Source: Candidatus Syntropharchaeum caldarium
GTDB lineage: Archaea; Halobacteriota; Syntropharchaeia; Syntropharchaeales; Syntropharchaeaceae
NCBI GenBank assembly: GCA_001766815.1
Contig: LYOS01000003.1
Span: forward strand, 1 to 32,000
Length of the DNA: 32,000 bases
Direction of reading: 5' to 3'
A model generated the notes under the pieces. It did not search any database and was not told where the DNA came from. It saw only the letters and a program-made list of their open reading frames with translations. Position numbers and translations under genes: made by a program. Positions 15,647-24,644 of this stretch are shown in pieces; the first letter of the stretch is position 1, and each line of letters begins with the position of its first letter.

Positions 15647-15663
15647 CGCTTAAAACTTAAAGG

Positions 15664-16713
15664 ATGAAGCCTAAAAGGTTTATCATGCGAATTCTTGCAG
15701 TTGACATCGGTATGGGAACACAGGACATCATGATTGTGGATGAGGCTAAATCACCGCTTGAAGGTTCGTACAAGCTCGTTCTCCCCTCACCAACCCGTTA
15801 TTTTGCACAAAAGATCCGATCCACAACGGGAGATCTTCTGATATACGGTGATACGATGGGTGGAGGACCGATAAATCGCGCAATCCTTGATCACCTCAAA
15901 GAACACAGGGTTTACATGACACCATCTGCTGCAAGAACGATAAGGGACGATCTTGAGCAGGTCAGGGAGCTCGGGATCACACTGATATCAGACGATGAGC
16001 TTGAGAAAGTAGATTGTGAAAAGCTCAGGATAACAGATCTTGACCTTGAACTGCTCAGATCACGGCTTGAGGCATTTGGGATCGATACGTCCTTTGATGT
16101 AATCGCTGTCGCAGTTCAGGATCATGGAGTTGCACCCCGGGGCGTGAGTGATCGTGAAAATCGATTTATCATCTTCAAGAAGCTTCTTTTATCGTCAAGA
16201 CGGATCGAGGAATTTTCCCATTTAAATAAAATAAGGGGAGAATTCAGCAGGATGAAATCGATCTTGAAGCGACTCAGATCAAGCTTCACAGGGGATATTC
16301 TCATTATGGATACAGGTGTCGCAGCAGCTCTCGGAAGCCTAATGGATGAGAGGATGAGTGGGATTCAGCGATCTGTTGCTGTTAATATCGGAAACGGACA
16401 TACACTTGCTGTATCGATCGAGGATCGAGAGATATGCGGCTTTTTCGAGCATCATACACGGATGATAGATCGAGATAAATTACTGCATTTCCTTGATCGA
16501 CTCAAAAAGGGCGTTATAACCTTTGATGAGGTATTTGATGATGGGGGGCACGGTGCCCTTATATTTGAGCCGATCGAACCTGATGTTATTACAATCACAG
16601 GGCCAAAGAAGTCGTTTATGAAGGGGGCAGAGGTTCATGTTGCACCTGCGGGAGATATGATGATGGCAGGTCCTGTGGGGCTTGTAGAGGCTGTAAAGTA
16701 CAGGCTGGGATGA
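15664..16713 (+). CDS. ASKHA (actin-like ATPase) fold protein, probably DUF1786 family
   Basis: 349 aa. ILAVDIGMGTQDIMIVD is a phosphate-1-type motif, and MDTGVAAALG and VNIGNGHT occur later. A leaderless start at ATG 15685 is plausible, given the TATA-like CTTAAAACTTAAA at 15650-15662. Confidence 0.5.
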   Translation: MKPKRFIMRILAVDIGMGTQDIMIVDEAKSPLEGSYKLVLPSPTRYFAQKIRSTTGDLLIYGDTMGGGPINRAILDHLKEHRVYMTPSAARTIRDDLEQVRELGITLISDDELEKVDCEKLRITDLDLELLRSRLEAFGIDTSFDVIAVAVQDHGVAPRGVSDRENRFIIFKKLLLSSRRIEEFSHLNKIRGEFSRMKSILKRLRSSFTGDILIMDTGVAAALGSLMDERMSGIQRSVAVNIGNGHTLAVSIEDREICGFFEHHTRMIDRDKLLHFLDRLKKGVITFDEVFDDGGHGALIFEPIEPDVITITGPKKSFMKGAEVHVAPAGDMMMAGPVGLVEAVKYRLG

Positions 16714-18092
16714 AAATGGAGCTTGAGCGTCAGATGATGAGGGCAATCGATGATGGTGCTGACTACCTGGATATAAGGTACGAGAAGGAACAGAGTACAG
16801 TTATTGAGATCAGAGATGATGTATTACGGGAAGCAAAGGTCGGATTCGAGCTTGGTGCTGGCATCAGGGTACTCCTCGATGGGTCGTGGGGGTTTTATGC
16901 AACAAGCGATCCTTCAAGACTTGAAGATGGGATTACAAAAGCTTTAAAGCTTGCAAAGGCACATAAAGCGGATAAAAATATCAAACTCGCACCCTCTGAC
17001 TCAACGAACGAGGAATTTAAGCTCAAGGTGAGAGAACCTCCTGAGGATGTGGGAATTGATCGGAAGATCTCGCTCGTCAGAGAAGCCTATAAGAAGCTTG
17101 TGGATGTGGATGAGCGGATCAAGAGCGCTTCTGTCTATTACACCGATAGTATAATCGAGAAGTTGTTTCTAAACTCAGAAGGATCTGAGATCAGGTTGCA
17201 TCTCCCTTACATCTCGATCGGGTTCAGGGCGGTTGCATCAGAGGGGGGCGAACTTCAGGAAGCCCATGATCGAGTCGGCGCATTCACGGGTTTTGAACTG
17301 ATAAAAGAGAATGATCCTGGAGAGATCGCGGCGAGTGTATCAAGGCGTGCACTGAGGCTGCTTGATGCGAAAAATCCACCCTCAGGAAAATTTCCGGTGG
17401 TGATGAATGGTAAGCTTCTCGGCGTTTTTGCTCACGAGGCGCTCGGACATGCAGCAGAGGCGGATCTTGTTGTATCGGGTGAGTCGATTCTTGCAGATAA
17501 GATCGGAAGCAGGATTGCATCCGAGATCATAACGATCGCCGATGATCCCTCAATCCCACAGACACATGGCTACTATCCCTTCGATGATGAGGGAGTGAGA
17601 TCCAGACGGACGCTGATCATAGAGAACGGGACCCTCAGGTCGTACCTCCATACAAGATCAAGTGCAGGAGAACTCGGAATGGAGGTTACCGCAAATGCGC
17701 GGGCAGAGGATAACTCACACATACCGATTGCAAGGATGAGCAATATTATAATCGAAAGAGGAGACCAGAGCTTTGATGAGATTATTGAGGATATAAAGAT
17801 GGGGATATATGCAAAGGGTATGCGCGGTGGTCAGGTTGATACGGTCGGTGGTAACTTCCAGTTCACAGCAGAAGAAGCTTTCATGATCGAGAATGGTGAG
17901 GTTAAAGGCTCGATAAGAAACCTCTCTCTTGCAGGGAGGACGTTGGAGGTGCTTGAAAAGATCGATGCACTCGGCAAAGATGTAACTGGATCGATCGGAT
18001 TCTGTGGAAAAAACGGTCAGACAGTCCCTGTATCAGAATCAGGACCTGATGCGAGGATTTCTGAGATTCTGGTGGGTGGTAACGATGCTTGA
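16710..18092 (+). CDS. tldD: TldD-family metalloprotease
   Basis: 460 aa with the HEALGH (HExxxH) motif and ...GNFQF... and the usual TldD/PmbA C-terminal core. ATGA overlap with the upstream stop. Confidence 0.85.
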   Translation: MKMELERQMMRAIDDGADYLDIRYEKEQSTVIEIRDDVLREAKVGFELGAGIRVLLDGSWGFYATSDPSRLEDGITKALKLAKAHKADKNIKLAPSDSTNEEFKLKVREPPEDVGIDRKISLVREAYKKLVDVDERIKSASVYYTDSIIEKLFLNSEGSEIRLHLPYISIGFRAVASEGGELQEAHDRVGAFTGFELIKENDPGEIAASVSRRALRLLDAKNPPSGKFPVVMNGKLLGVFAHEALGHAAEADLVVSGESILADKIGSRIASEIITIADDPSIPQTHGYYPFDDEGVRSRRTLIIENGTLRSYLHTRSSAGELGMEVTANARAEDNSHIPIARMSNIIIERGDQSFDEIIEDIKMGIYAKGMRGGQVDTVGGNFQFTAEEAFMIENGEVKGSIRNLSLAGRTLEVLEKIDALGKDVTGSIGFCGKNGQTVPVSESGPDARISEILVGGNDA

Positions 18093-19392
18093 TACCATGA
18101 AAAAAGGGCTTGAAACTGCGCTCAGGATTGCTTCAGAAGCCGAAGTTTACGCTTCTTTCTCGAATTTCGCTTCTGTTGAGATCGAAAAAGATAAGATACA
18201 CAGGCTTGAGGCTGGAAGTGGTGGTGGAATCGGCATAAGGGCGGTAGTCGAGGGGAAGGTTGGGTTCGCTTACACGAGCGATCCTGCAAAGGTTGAGGAC
18301 TGTGCCAGAGAAGCTGTTAAGCTTGCAAGGGTTGCTGGGTCTGATTTTCGGGGGTTTTCAGAGAAACAGGGAGCTTACCAATCGGTTAAAGGCATATTTG
18401 ATCCGCTTATCGCTGATCTTGAAGTCAATGAGAGAATAGCGTATGCCGAGATGATGATAGATGCTGCAAAGGAAGTGGATGGTGCGATCAAGGTTACAGG
18501 CGGGGAGATTGGCACATCTTCAGGCTCAAGATGGATCATGAACTCAAACGGGGTTGAGATAAGTGAAGATTCAACATCAATCGGGGCATCAGTTAGCGTT
18601 GCACTGGGCGAGATTTCTGCATGGGACTGGCAGGAGTCGAAACTTCTCTCCAATATCGATCTTGAATCGCTCGCAAAAGAGACGGCAACGCTTGCTGTAA
18701 ACTCGCAGAAACCTGTAAAGACTGAGGGTGGGATAAAATCTGTGATCCTTTCCCCCCGTGCAGTCTCAAGCCTCTTCTCTGCTACAGCGATAAATCACCT
18801 TCTTGGAGATAGTATTCAGGAGAAGCGATCTCCCTATATGGAACGAGTCGATGAGGCTGTAGCATCCGATTCAGTTACAATAATAGATGATGGAAGGTAC
18901 TATAACGGAACAGGGAGCCGTATCTTTGATGGAGAGGGCACTCCTTCATGCAGAACAGTGGTCATCGAAGATGGTATCCTCAGAGGATTTCTCTATGATA
19001 TTTACACCGCAAGAAAGGAAGGGGTTGATAGTACCGGTAACGCATCGCGTTCATTTGATTCAACCCCAAAGACCGCCCCCTCAAACTTTGTTATAAAACC
19101 TGGAAATAGAGAGGAAGATGAGCTTATCGCCGAAGTTAGGGATGGAATCTTTGTAACAGACCTGATCGGGGCACATACTGCATCCAGGACATCTGGTGAG
19201 TTCTCGCTGCTCGTTCACAATGGTTTCAGGATCGAGAAGGGGGAACTTGGTGATCCGCTGGGGCAGGTGATGATTTCGGGATCGAGTCCTGAGGTGCTTG
19301 AAAATATCACGCTTCCTGGATCCAGTCTCAGACAGTATGGGGCAGTTATATCGCCATCTCTGCTCGTTGAAGGGATGAGGATAAGCGGGTGA
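18085..19392 (+). CDS. pmbA: PmbA/TldE-family partner protein
   Basis: About 435 aa from ATG 18085 (MLDTMKKGLETALRIA...), overlapping the tldD stop by 8 nt. TldD/PmbA-fold sequence without HExxxH. The 18004 start in the ORF track lies inside tldD and is rejected. Confidence 0.8.
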   Translation: MLDTMKKGLETALRIASEAEVYASFSNFASVEIEKDKIHRLEAGSGGGIGIRAVVEGKVGFAYTSDPAKVEDCAREAVKLARVAGSDFRGFSEKQGAYQSVKGIFDPLIADLEVNERIAYAEMMIDAAKEVDGAIKVTGGEIGTSSGSRWIMNSNGVEISEDSTSIGASVSVALGEISAWDWQESKLLSNIDLESLAKETATLAVNSQKPVKTEGGIKSVILSPRAVSSLFSATAINHLLGDSIQEKRSPYMERVDEAVASDSVTIIDDGRYYNGTGSRIFDGEGTPSCRTVVIEDGILRGFLYDIYTARKEGVDSTGNASRSFDSTPKTAPSNFVIKPGNREEDELIAEVRDGIFVTDLIGAHTASRTSGEFSLLVHNGFRIEKGELGDPLGQVMISGSSPEVLENITLPGSSLRQYGAVISPSLLVEGMRISG

Positions 19393-19397
19393 ATGGT

Positions 19398-19667
19398 CTA
19401 CTTACTCCTTCTCGATCTTCCAAGTATGATGTGTGCGAGCGTTCCAAAATCCCCACCAAGATTATCGGTCATACCAATCTCAGGTAGAGGATCAATCTGA
19501 TTTCCTTTTGGTGCCTTACCCTTCATCTGTTCAACAACACCATAGATCTGGGAGATACCTGTTGCTCCAAGCGGATGTCCTTTTCCAAGCAGACCACCTG
19601 ACATGTTGGTTGGGATCTTTCCACCGATCTCGAAATCACCCTCCTTACATGCTTTGTATCCCTCAAA
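19398..19667 (-). pseudogene. 3'-terminal remnant of a thiolase (acetyl-CoA C-acetyltransferase) gene
   Basis: An 89-codon open frame bounded upstream by an in-frame TGA (19668-19670): FEGYKACKEGDFEIGGKIPTNMSGGLLGKGHPLGATGISQIYGVVEQMKGKA...GMTDNLGGDFGTLAHIIL. It contains the thiolase C-terminal signature (NxSGG...GHPxGATG). The N-terminal ~300 aa are absent in any frame, and ccmE starts 36 nt further on the opposite strand. Confidence 0.75.
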
Positions 19668-19702
19668 TCATTCAAAATCTATTTAAACACGCTCACCTTA
19701 AT

Positions 19703-20095
19703 ATGGATTCAATGAATAAACAAACCCGCCTGGCGATTGGAGCGATTATAATTGTTCTCTGCCTTATTGGACTTGGACTCACCCTCAAAGGTTCTGTTGT
19801 ACCATATATCACTGTCAGTGAGCTTAAATCAGGCGACTACGTGGGAGAACACATCCAGATCAACGGAACTGTGGTCACGGGATCGGTTGAGTGGCACCCA
19901 AAAGATGTTCTGCTGACATTCCAGCTAACAGATGGCCATGAGGTGGTGAATGTCGAGTACAGGGGCAGTATCCCGAACAACTTTGAGGAAGGCAAGATGG
20001 TTGTTGTTGGTGGAGTTTATGAGAGGGATCTCTTCGAGGCAGACGAGATACTTGTAAAATGCCCATCAAAGTACACCGAGGAGATCGAAGAATGA
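19703..20095 (+). CDS. ccmE: Cytochrome c maturation haem chaperone CcmE, archaeal CxxxY variant
   Basis: 130 aa: N-terminal TM anchor, OB-fold body, and C-terminal LVKC120PSKY124 in place of the bacterial HxxxY. Alternative start at ATG 19712, which may be leaderless from ATTTAAA at 19681-19687. The 19433 start in the ORF track is rejected. Confidence 0.85.
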   Translation: MDSMNKQTRLAIGAIIIVLCLIGLGLTLKGSVVPYITVSELKSGDYVGEHIQINGTVVTGSVEWHPKDVLLTFQLTDGHEVVNVEYRGSIPNNFEEGKMVVVGGVYERDLFEADEILVKCPSKYTEEIEE

Positions 20096-21987
20096 ACGAT
20101 CTAATCTTTCTTGGGGCGGCACTTCTTGCAGCAATGGCAGCGGTTCTCCTCTATGTGGTCGGGGCTGAACTCAAACGGAATGATCTGATCGAGTGGGGAA
20201 AAGTCTCAACGCACTTAACTTTTATATTTATAACGATCGCATCGCTCCGGCTGTTTTATCTGCTCATCACTCATGACTTCCAGAATATGTATGTTGCAAC
20301 GTACACAAGTCGGGATCTCCCACTTTTCTATGTCGTATCAGCCTTCTGGGCAGGTCAGCAGGGTTCATTCCTTCTATGGGTCTGGCTCATTGCGATCTTT
20401 GCATCGGCTCTGCTTTTTATTAAGAAGGATGATGAACGCTTCATGGCATACACCCTGGCGATGCTTGCTGCGATCATGGTCGGATTTCTCTACATCCTTG
20501 TTACAGTATCAAATCCATTTGAACGACTTGATTTTATACCAGCAGACGGAAATGGGCTGAATCCACTCCTGCAGGATCCAGGCATGGTGCTACACCCGCC
20601 CGTGCTCTTCATCGGGTATGCAGGGTTGGCTGTTCCCTTCGCGTTTGCCGTTGCTGGTGTTATCATGAAACGGGACTGGATTAAATCTGCAAGAAGCTGG
20701 CTCATCCTGGCATGGGTAGCTCTCTCAATGGGTAATATCATTGGTGCATGGTGGGCATACCATGTGCTTGGGTGGGGTGGATACTGGGCATGGGACCCGG
20801 TCGAGAACTCGTCACTTCTACCCTGGCTAACAGCATCAGCACTGCTCCACACCATGATGATCGAGGAGAAAACGGGAAAAATGCGTCTCTCAAACTTTCT
20901 CCTTATCTCAATCACCTTCATTCTTGTCCTGTACGGGACATTCCTGACACGAAGCGGCATCCTCGAATCGGTCCACGCATTTGCAAACTCCGGGCTCGGT
21001 GGCATACTGATGGGATTTTTGCTCATCATACTGACAGCATCTGTGAGGCTCATGATAAGAAGAAGGGATTACCTCAAATCAGATCCAGTTGGGTTTGATC
21101 TATCGCGATCAGGGCTCATACTGATCACTTCCATCCTGCTTGTTATATCTACAGGGACGGTTCTTGCAGGAAGTTTCTATCCATTGATTCTTGAGTTTAC
21201 AGGTGGGGTTCAGCAGATGGTTCAGGCTGAATATTATAACACGATGAATGTCCCGATCGCAGTCATGATTCTCCTGCTTCTTGGAGTTTGTCCCCTGATT
21301 GGCTGGCGGCGGTACACTATGATGGAGTTGAAGAAAAATGTCATGGTTTCAGCGATATCTGCGGTAACAGTTCTTGTAATTGCACTTATTGGAGGCATTA
21401 GAAATCTTATTGCACTTTCTGGCATCATAGCGTGCACATTTGCTCTTACAACCCATATATTTGAGTTTTACACTACAAAAAAATCTGGAAATAATATTCT
21501 TGATGCTATAGGCAAAAACCATCGCCGTTTCGGGGGATACATCGTTCATATCTCGCTAATTGTAATGGTAATCGGCGTCTGTGGCTCTTCGATCTATGAT
21601 GAGCGAGATATCTTCACACTTCAGATAGGTTCAGAGCATACAATCGGCGATTACACGATGAGATATGGTGGTACAGAGATGATCCCTTCGAAATCTGGTG
21701 TCTACTATGTTGCAATCGTTGATCTGTACAGGGATGGCAGGGTTATTGGACGAGCCATGCCAGATGTGTACTACTCATATCGATTTGATCAGACGTATCA
21801 GCATGTCTATATCAAAAGCACACTATTGGAGGATTTCTATCTTGTATATCAGGGGTCTGAGCAAGGATACGCTCTTTTTGAAGTGCGGATTCTTCCCCTT
21901 GTAAGTTTCATCTGGTGGGGTGGCATTCTACTTCTCCTGGGTGGGATTGTTGCCCTTATGCCTGATAAGAGGAGAAATGAAAAATGA
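20092..21987 (+). CDS. ccmF: Cytochrome c maturation haem lyase / haem-handling protein CcmF
   Basis: 631 aa from ATG 20092, with an ATGA overlap with the ccmE stop. Polytopic, with the WWD motif WGGYWAWDPVENSSLLPWL. Confidence 0.9.
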   Translation: MNDLIFLGAALLAAMAAVLLYVVGAELKRNDLIEWGKVSTHLTFIFITIASLRLFYLLITHDFQNMYVATYTSRDLPLFYVVSAFWAGQQGSFLLWVWLIAIFASALLFIKKDDERFMAYTLAMLAAIMVGFLYILVTVSNPFERLDFIPADGNGLNPLLQDPGMVLHPPVLFIGYAGLAVPFAFAVAGVIMKRDWIKSARSWLILAWVALSMGNIIGAWWAYHVLGWGGYWAWDPVENSSLLPWLTASALLHTMMIEEKTGKMRLSNFLLISITFILVLYGTFLTRSGILESVHAFANSGLGGILMGFLLIILTASVRLMIRRRDYLKSDPVGFDLSRSGLILITSILLVISTGTVLAGSFYPLILEFTGGVQQMVQAEYYNTMNVPIAVMILLLLGVCPLIGWRRYTMMELKKNVMVSAISAVTVLVIALIGGIRNLIALSGIIACTFALTTHIFEFYTTKKSGNNILDAIGKNHRRFGGYIVHISLIVMVIGVCGSSIYDERDIFTLQIGSEHTIGDYTMRYGGTEMIPSKSGVYYVAIVDLYRDGRVIGRAMPDVYYSYRFDQTYQHVYIKSTLLEDFYLVYQGSEQGYALFEVRILPLVSFIWWGGILLLLGGIVALMPDKRRNEK

Positions 21988-22619
21988 AGGCTGAACGAAT
22001 ATTTTTCATACTGATAGTTACTTCTCTACTCTTCATGCCGTATGCTTCTGCCGGGTCAGATGATGCCGAGATCGAGATTGTTATGAGCCACATCTTTATT
22101 ACCCCTGCCACAGATCATCTTGAGGTCACTGAAGTTCTTGCTTTCAAAAACGTGGGCCCAGTTACTTTTAATGGAACGATCGAGCCAACACCCTTTGATG
22201 GGTGGCAAAATCTTGATGCAGAGCCTTTCACAGGAGAAATACAGGCAAACGAGAGTGTGCAGATGATGCTCTCATACAATATCGAGATCTCTGGCGAGAC
22301 TGTAAAACTTACAAAGATCACACCATATACGATCAAAACAGTGAGCCTCTTTCTACCGGTAGAAAGGGGTCTTATAGTGGATGATAAAGGAAGCTTTGAG
22401 TCTGTAACCGGCAGCACGATCCGGGGGAACGAGTATTACGTACTCGAATCGTATGATGTACCCCCTGAATCCACCATCTGGGCAAGCTTCGGTATACCAC
22501 AACACGAGAAGGTGACTGATGAAACTGATTACGATATTGGAGTGATCGTTCTAATTATCGTACTCATCACGATAGCTCTTTTTCCGAATTTAAGGGACTA
22601 CCTGAGGAAGAGAGATTAG
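21984..22619 (+). CDS. Unknown extracytoplasmic protein: signal peptide, beta-rich Cys-free body, C-terminal TM anchor. Translationally coupled to ccmF
   Basis: 211 aa with an ATGA overlap with the ccmF stop. Signal peptide MKAERIFFILIVTSLLFMPYASA. No Cys at all. C-terminal anchor IGVIVLIIVLITIALF followed by RDYLRKRD. Confidence 0.65.
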   Translation: MKAERIFFILIVTSLLFMPYASAGSDDAEIEIVMSHIFITPATDHLEVTEVLAFKNVGPVTFNGTIEPTPFDGWQNLDAEPFTGEIQANESVQMMLSYNIEISGETVKLTKITPYTIKTVSLFLPVERGLIVDDKGSFESVTGSTIRGNEYYVLESYDVPPESTIWASFGIPQHEKVTDETDYDIGVIVLIIVLITIALFPNLRDYLRKRD

Positions 22620-23580
22620 ATGAGGAGGAGGAAGTGGGCTGTAACTGCGGTAATTCAATTCCCATCGCCTCAACCATATCTTTGTATCGATTTCTGATCG
22701 TGACCTCTGTAACACCTGTCGCTGCTGCAACTTCCTTCTGCGTCCGTGTGATCCCACACATCCTTGCTGCTATATATATCGCAGCCGCAGCGATTGAAAT
22801 TGGACCTTTGCCAACGGTAAGTTCCTGTGTCTCCGCCTTATTCACAATTTCAACCGCTTTTGTACGCACGTCCTCCTTCAGACCAAGACGTGAACAGAAC
22901 CTTGATACAAATTCCACCGGAGAGGATGGCTGCAGCTTGAAGTCAAGTTCTCGTGAAAGGAAGCGATATGTTCTTCCGATTTCTTTTTGTTTAACTCTTG
23001 AGACGCTGCCAACCTCCTCAAGCGTTCTTGGTATGCCCTTCTGTCTGCAAACTGCATAAAGGATTGCTGTCGCAAGTCCTTCAACGCTCCGTCCCCGGAT
23101 AAGATCTTTTTCCATCGCTTTGCGGTACATAAGTGCTGCGGCCTCACGTACATCTTTTGAGAGTCCGAGCGCTGACCCCATCCGATCGATCTCAGAGATC
23201 GCAAAGATGAGGCTCCGCTCGCTTGAACTGCTAACGCGCACCCTATTCTGCCATTTTCGAAGTCGATGGATGTTAGCTGCACTCTTACCATGCACATTTG
23301 CATCGCGCCAGTCGATGAATGTGCTGAGTCCTTTATCATGGATCATGTACGTCATAGGAGCACCGGTTCGTGCCCGCTTCACCATCTGTTCATAGTCGAA
23401 TGCTCTCCATTCGGCACCCTGATCCATGATATTCTCCTCGATAACGAGTCCACATGAATCACAGATTATTTCCCCTCTTTCATAGTCCTGCTTTAAGATT
23501 GGTGAATCACATTCAGGACATTTCGTAGCAGCCCTGTACACTCGCTGCTCCTCTTCCGCTTTTTCCTTTGCTTCAGTCAT
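22567..23580 (-). CDS. tfb: Transcription initiation factor B (TFB/TFIIB)
   Basis: 337 aa. N-terminal Zn ribbon CPECDS...CDSCG, a B-finger region, two cyclin-like repeats, and ...TEVTIRNRYKDMVEAMG. A Ser-rich tail of about 25 aa overlaps the 3' end of the convergent gene by 53 nt. Confidence 0.9.
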   Translation of the reverse strand: MTEAKEKAEEEQRVYRAATKCPECDSPILKQDYERGEIICDSCGLVIEENIMDQGAEWRAFDYEQMVKRARTGAPMTYMIHDKGLSTFIDWRDANVHGKSAANIHRLRKWQNRVRVSSSSERSLIFAISEIDRMGSALGLSKDVREAAALMYRKAMEKDLIRGRSVEGLATAILYAVCRQKGIPRTLEEVGSVSRVKQKEIGRTYRFLSRELDFKLQPSSPVEFVSRFCSRLGLKEDVRTKAVEIVNKAETQELTVGKGPISIAAAAIYIAARMCGITRTQKEVAAATGVTEVTIRNRYKDMVEAMGIELPQLQPTSSSSSNLSSSGSPLNSEKELS

Positions 23581-24008
23581 GCCTTCCCCCCTTCGGTATC
23601 TACAGTCATGCCATTCATGGCATGGAGTGAAAGCTGGCTTTTAGGTATATTCAGGATGGACTCGACATGCTTCAGGAAGCAGATTCGATCCGTAAGTGGC
23701 ATCTTTGATATAAACATCTCAACATCATCCTTTACTCGCTCAAAAAGCGCCTCTTTGCACTCATCTCTCACTGTATATATTTTTTTGTATCTACCTTTAA
23801 TACCATTATCCTGGGTGACCTTGCCACAGAGAAGATTGAACTCCTCCATCTTCTTCAAATGCTGGCTGATAGCCGAGATTGAGATGGAAAGCCCGGCACA
23901 CTTTTCCAGGCTATATGCTGTGTGTCCATTCGTATTACTCTCAAGTAACATAGAGAGTATTATTCTACGATTTGGGTTGCTCAAGATTATATCTATCTCT
24001 TTTTGCAC
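23577..24008 (-). CDS. ArsR-like winged-helix transcriptional regulator
   Basis: 143 aa with an apparent GTG start. NPNRRIILSMLLES...HTAYSLEKCAGLSISISAISQHLKKMEEFNLL... is an ArsR/SmtB-type HTH. Its stop overlaps the tfb start (ATGA). Confidence 0.65.
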   Translation of the reverse strand: MQKEIDIILSNPNRRIILSMLLESNTNGHTAYSLEKCAGLSISISAISQHLKKMEEFNLLCGKVTQDNGIKGRYKKIYTVRDECKEALFERVKDDVEMFISKMPLTDRICFLKHVESILNIPKSQLSLHAMNGMTVDTEGGKA

Positions 24009-24294
24009 AGGCTCACCCGCATTTAGAATGGTTAGAATTTCTCACCATATTATACTGCTCAGTAATAATATATAAAGGTTGCGGTATCTGGTGCTGATCA
24101 ACGCTGAATACATCCTGATTGATGCGTCAGCTGTATGTGATTTGTGTATGGATGGTTCAAACAATCGTGGGTGCAAAAGACTTTTATAGAAGCGACCGTA
24201 CTATTGATTGAAATCTGTCATGCTTAGGCTATTCTATCTACTGTGGGTGGTGCAATCAGGATAATGCGGAAAACAGATCGTAATGATAAAAAGA

Positions 24295-24368
24295 GGGCTC
24301 GTAGCTCAGTTAGGCAGAGCACCTGGCTTTTAACCAGGTGGCCAAGGGTTCAAATCCCTTCGAGCCCG
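24295..24368 (+). tRNA. tRNA-Lys (anticodon UUU)
   Basis: Folded by hand into a cloverleaf. Acceptor GGGCTCG/CGAGCCC, D arm GCTC-AGTTAGGCA-GAGC, anticodon arm CCTGG-CTTTTAA-CCAGG, variable loop TGGCC, T arm AAGGG-TTCAAAT-CCCTT, discriminator G. No encoded CCA. Confidence 0.9.
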
Positions 24369-24383
24369 TGGAGGTTATAATAA

Positions 24384-24623
24384 ATGAAGGACGTAACCCT
24401 GTTAGATCATGAAATGGTACCAAAACATGAGATACTTTCGAAAGAGGAGGAAAAGTTGATTTTGAAAAAATATAATGCCTCCAAGGCTCAATTTCCAAAG
24501 ATCTATCACAGTGATCCGATAATAAAGGAGATTGGAGCAGAGGTTGGTCAGATCATCAAAATAACACGTAATAGCAAAACTGCTGGTAAATCAATTGCGT
24601 ATCGCGTTGTGGTAGATCAGTAA
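24384..24623 (+). CDS. rpoH: DNA-directed RNA polymerase subunit H (Rpo5)
   Basis: 79 aa. ...LLDHEMVPKHEILSKEEEKLILKKYNASKAQFPKI...DPIIKEIGAEVGQIIKITRNSKTAG..IAYRVVV is the typical RpoH sequence. It sits first in the RNAP operon. Confidence 0.9.
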   Translation: MKDVTLLDHEMVPKHEILSKEEEKLILKKYNASKAQFPKIYHSDPIIKEIGAEVGQIIKITRNSKTAGKSIAYRVVVDQ

Positions 24624-24644
24624 GCAAATGTAGGGGGTCAAATT

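Noticed and set aside
19433-19702. 90-codon N-terminal extension of the ccmE ORF in the ORF track
   Set aside because: The extension has no CcmE similarity, reads antisense through the thiolase remnant, and precedes the typical CcmE N-terminal TM anchor. The start is placed at 19703 or 19712.
20490-21053. 187-aa minus-strand ORF inside ccmF
   Set aside because: Antisense shadow of a well-supported ccmF. No recognisable domain.
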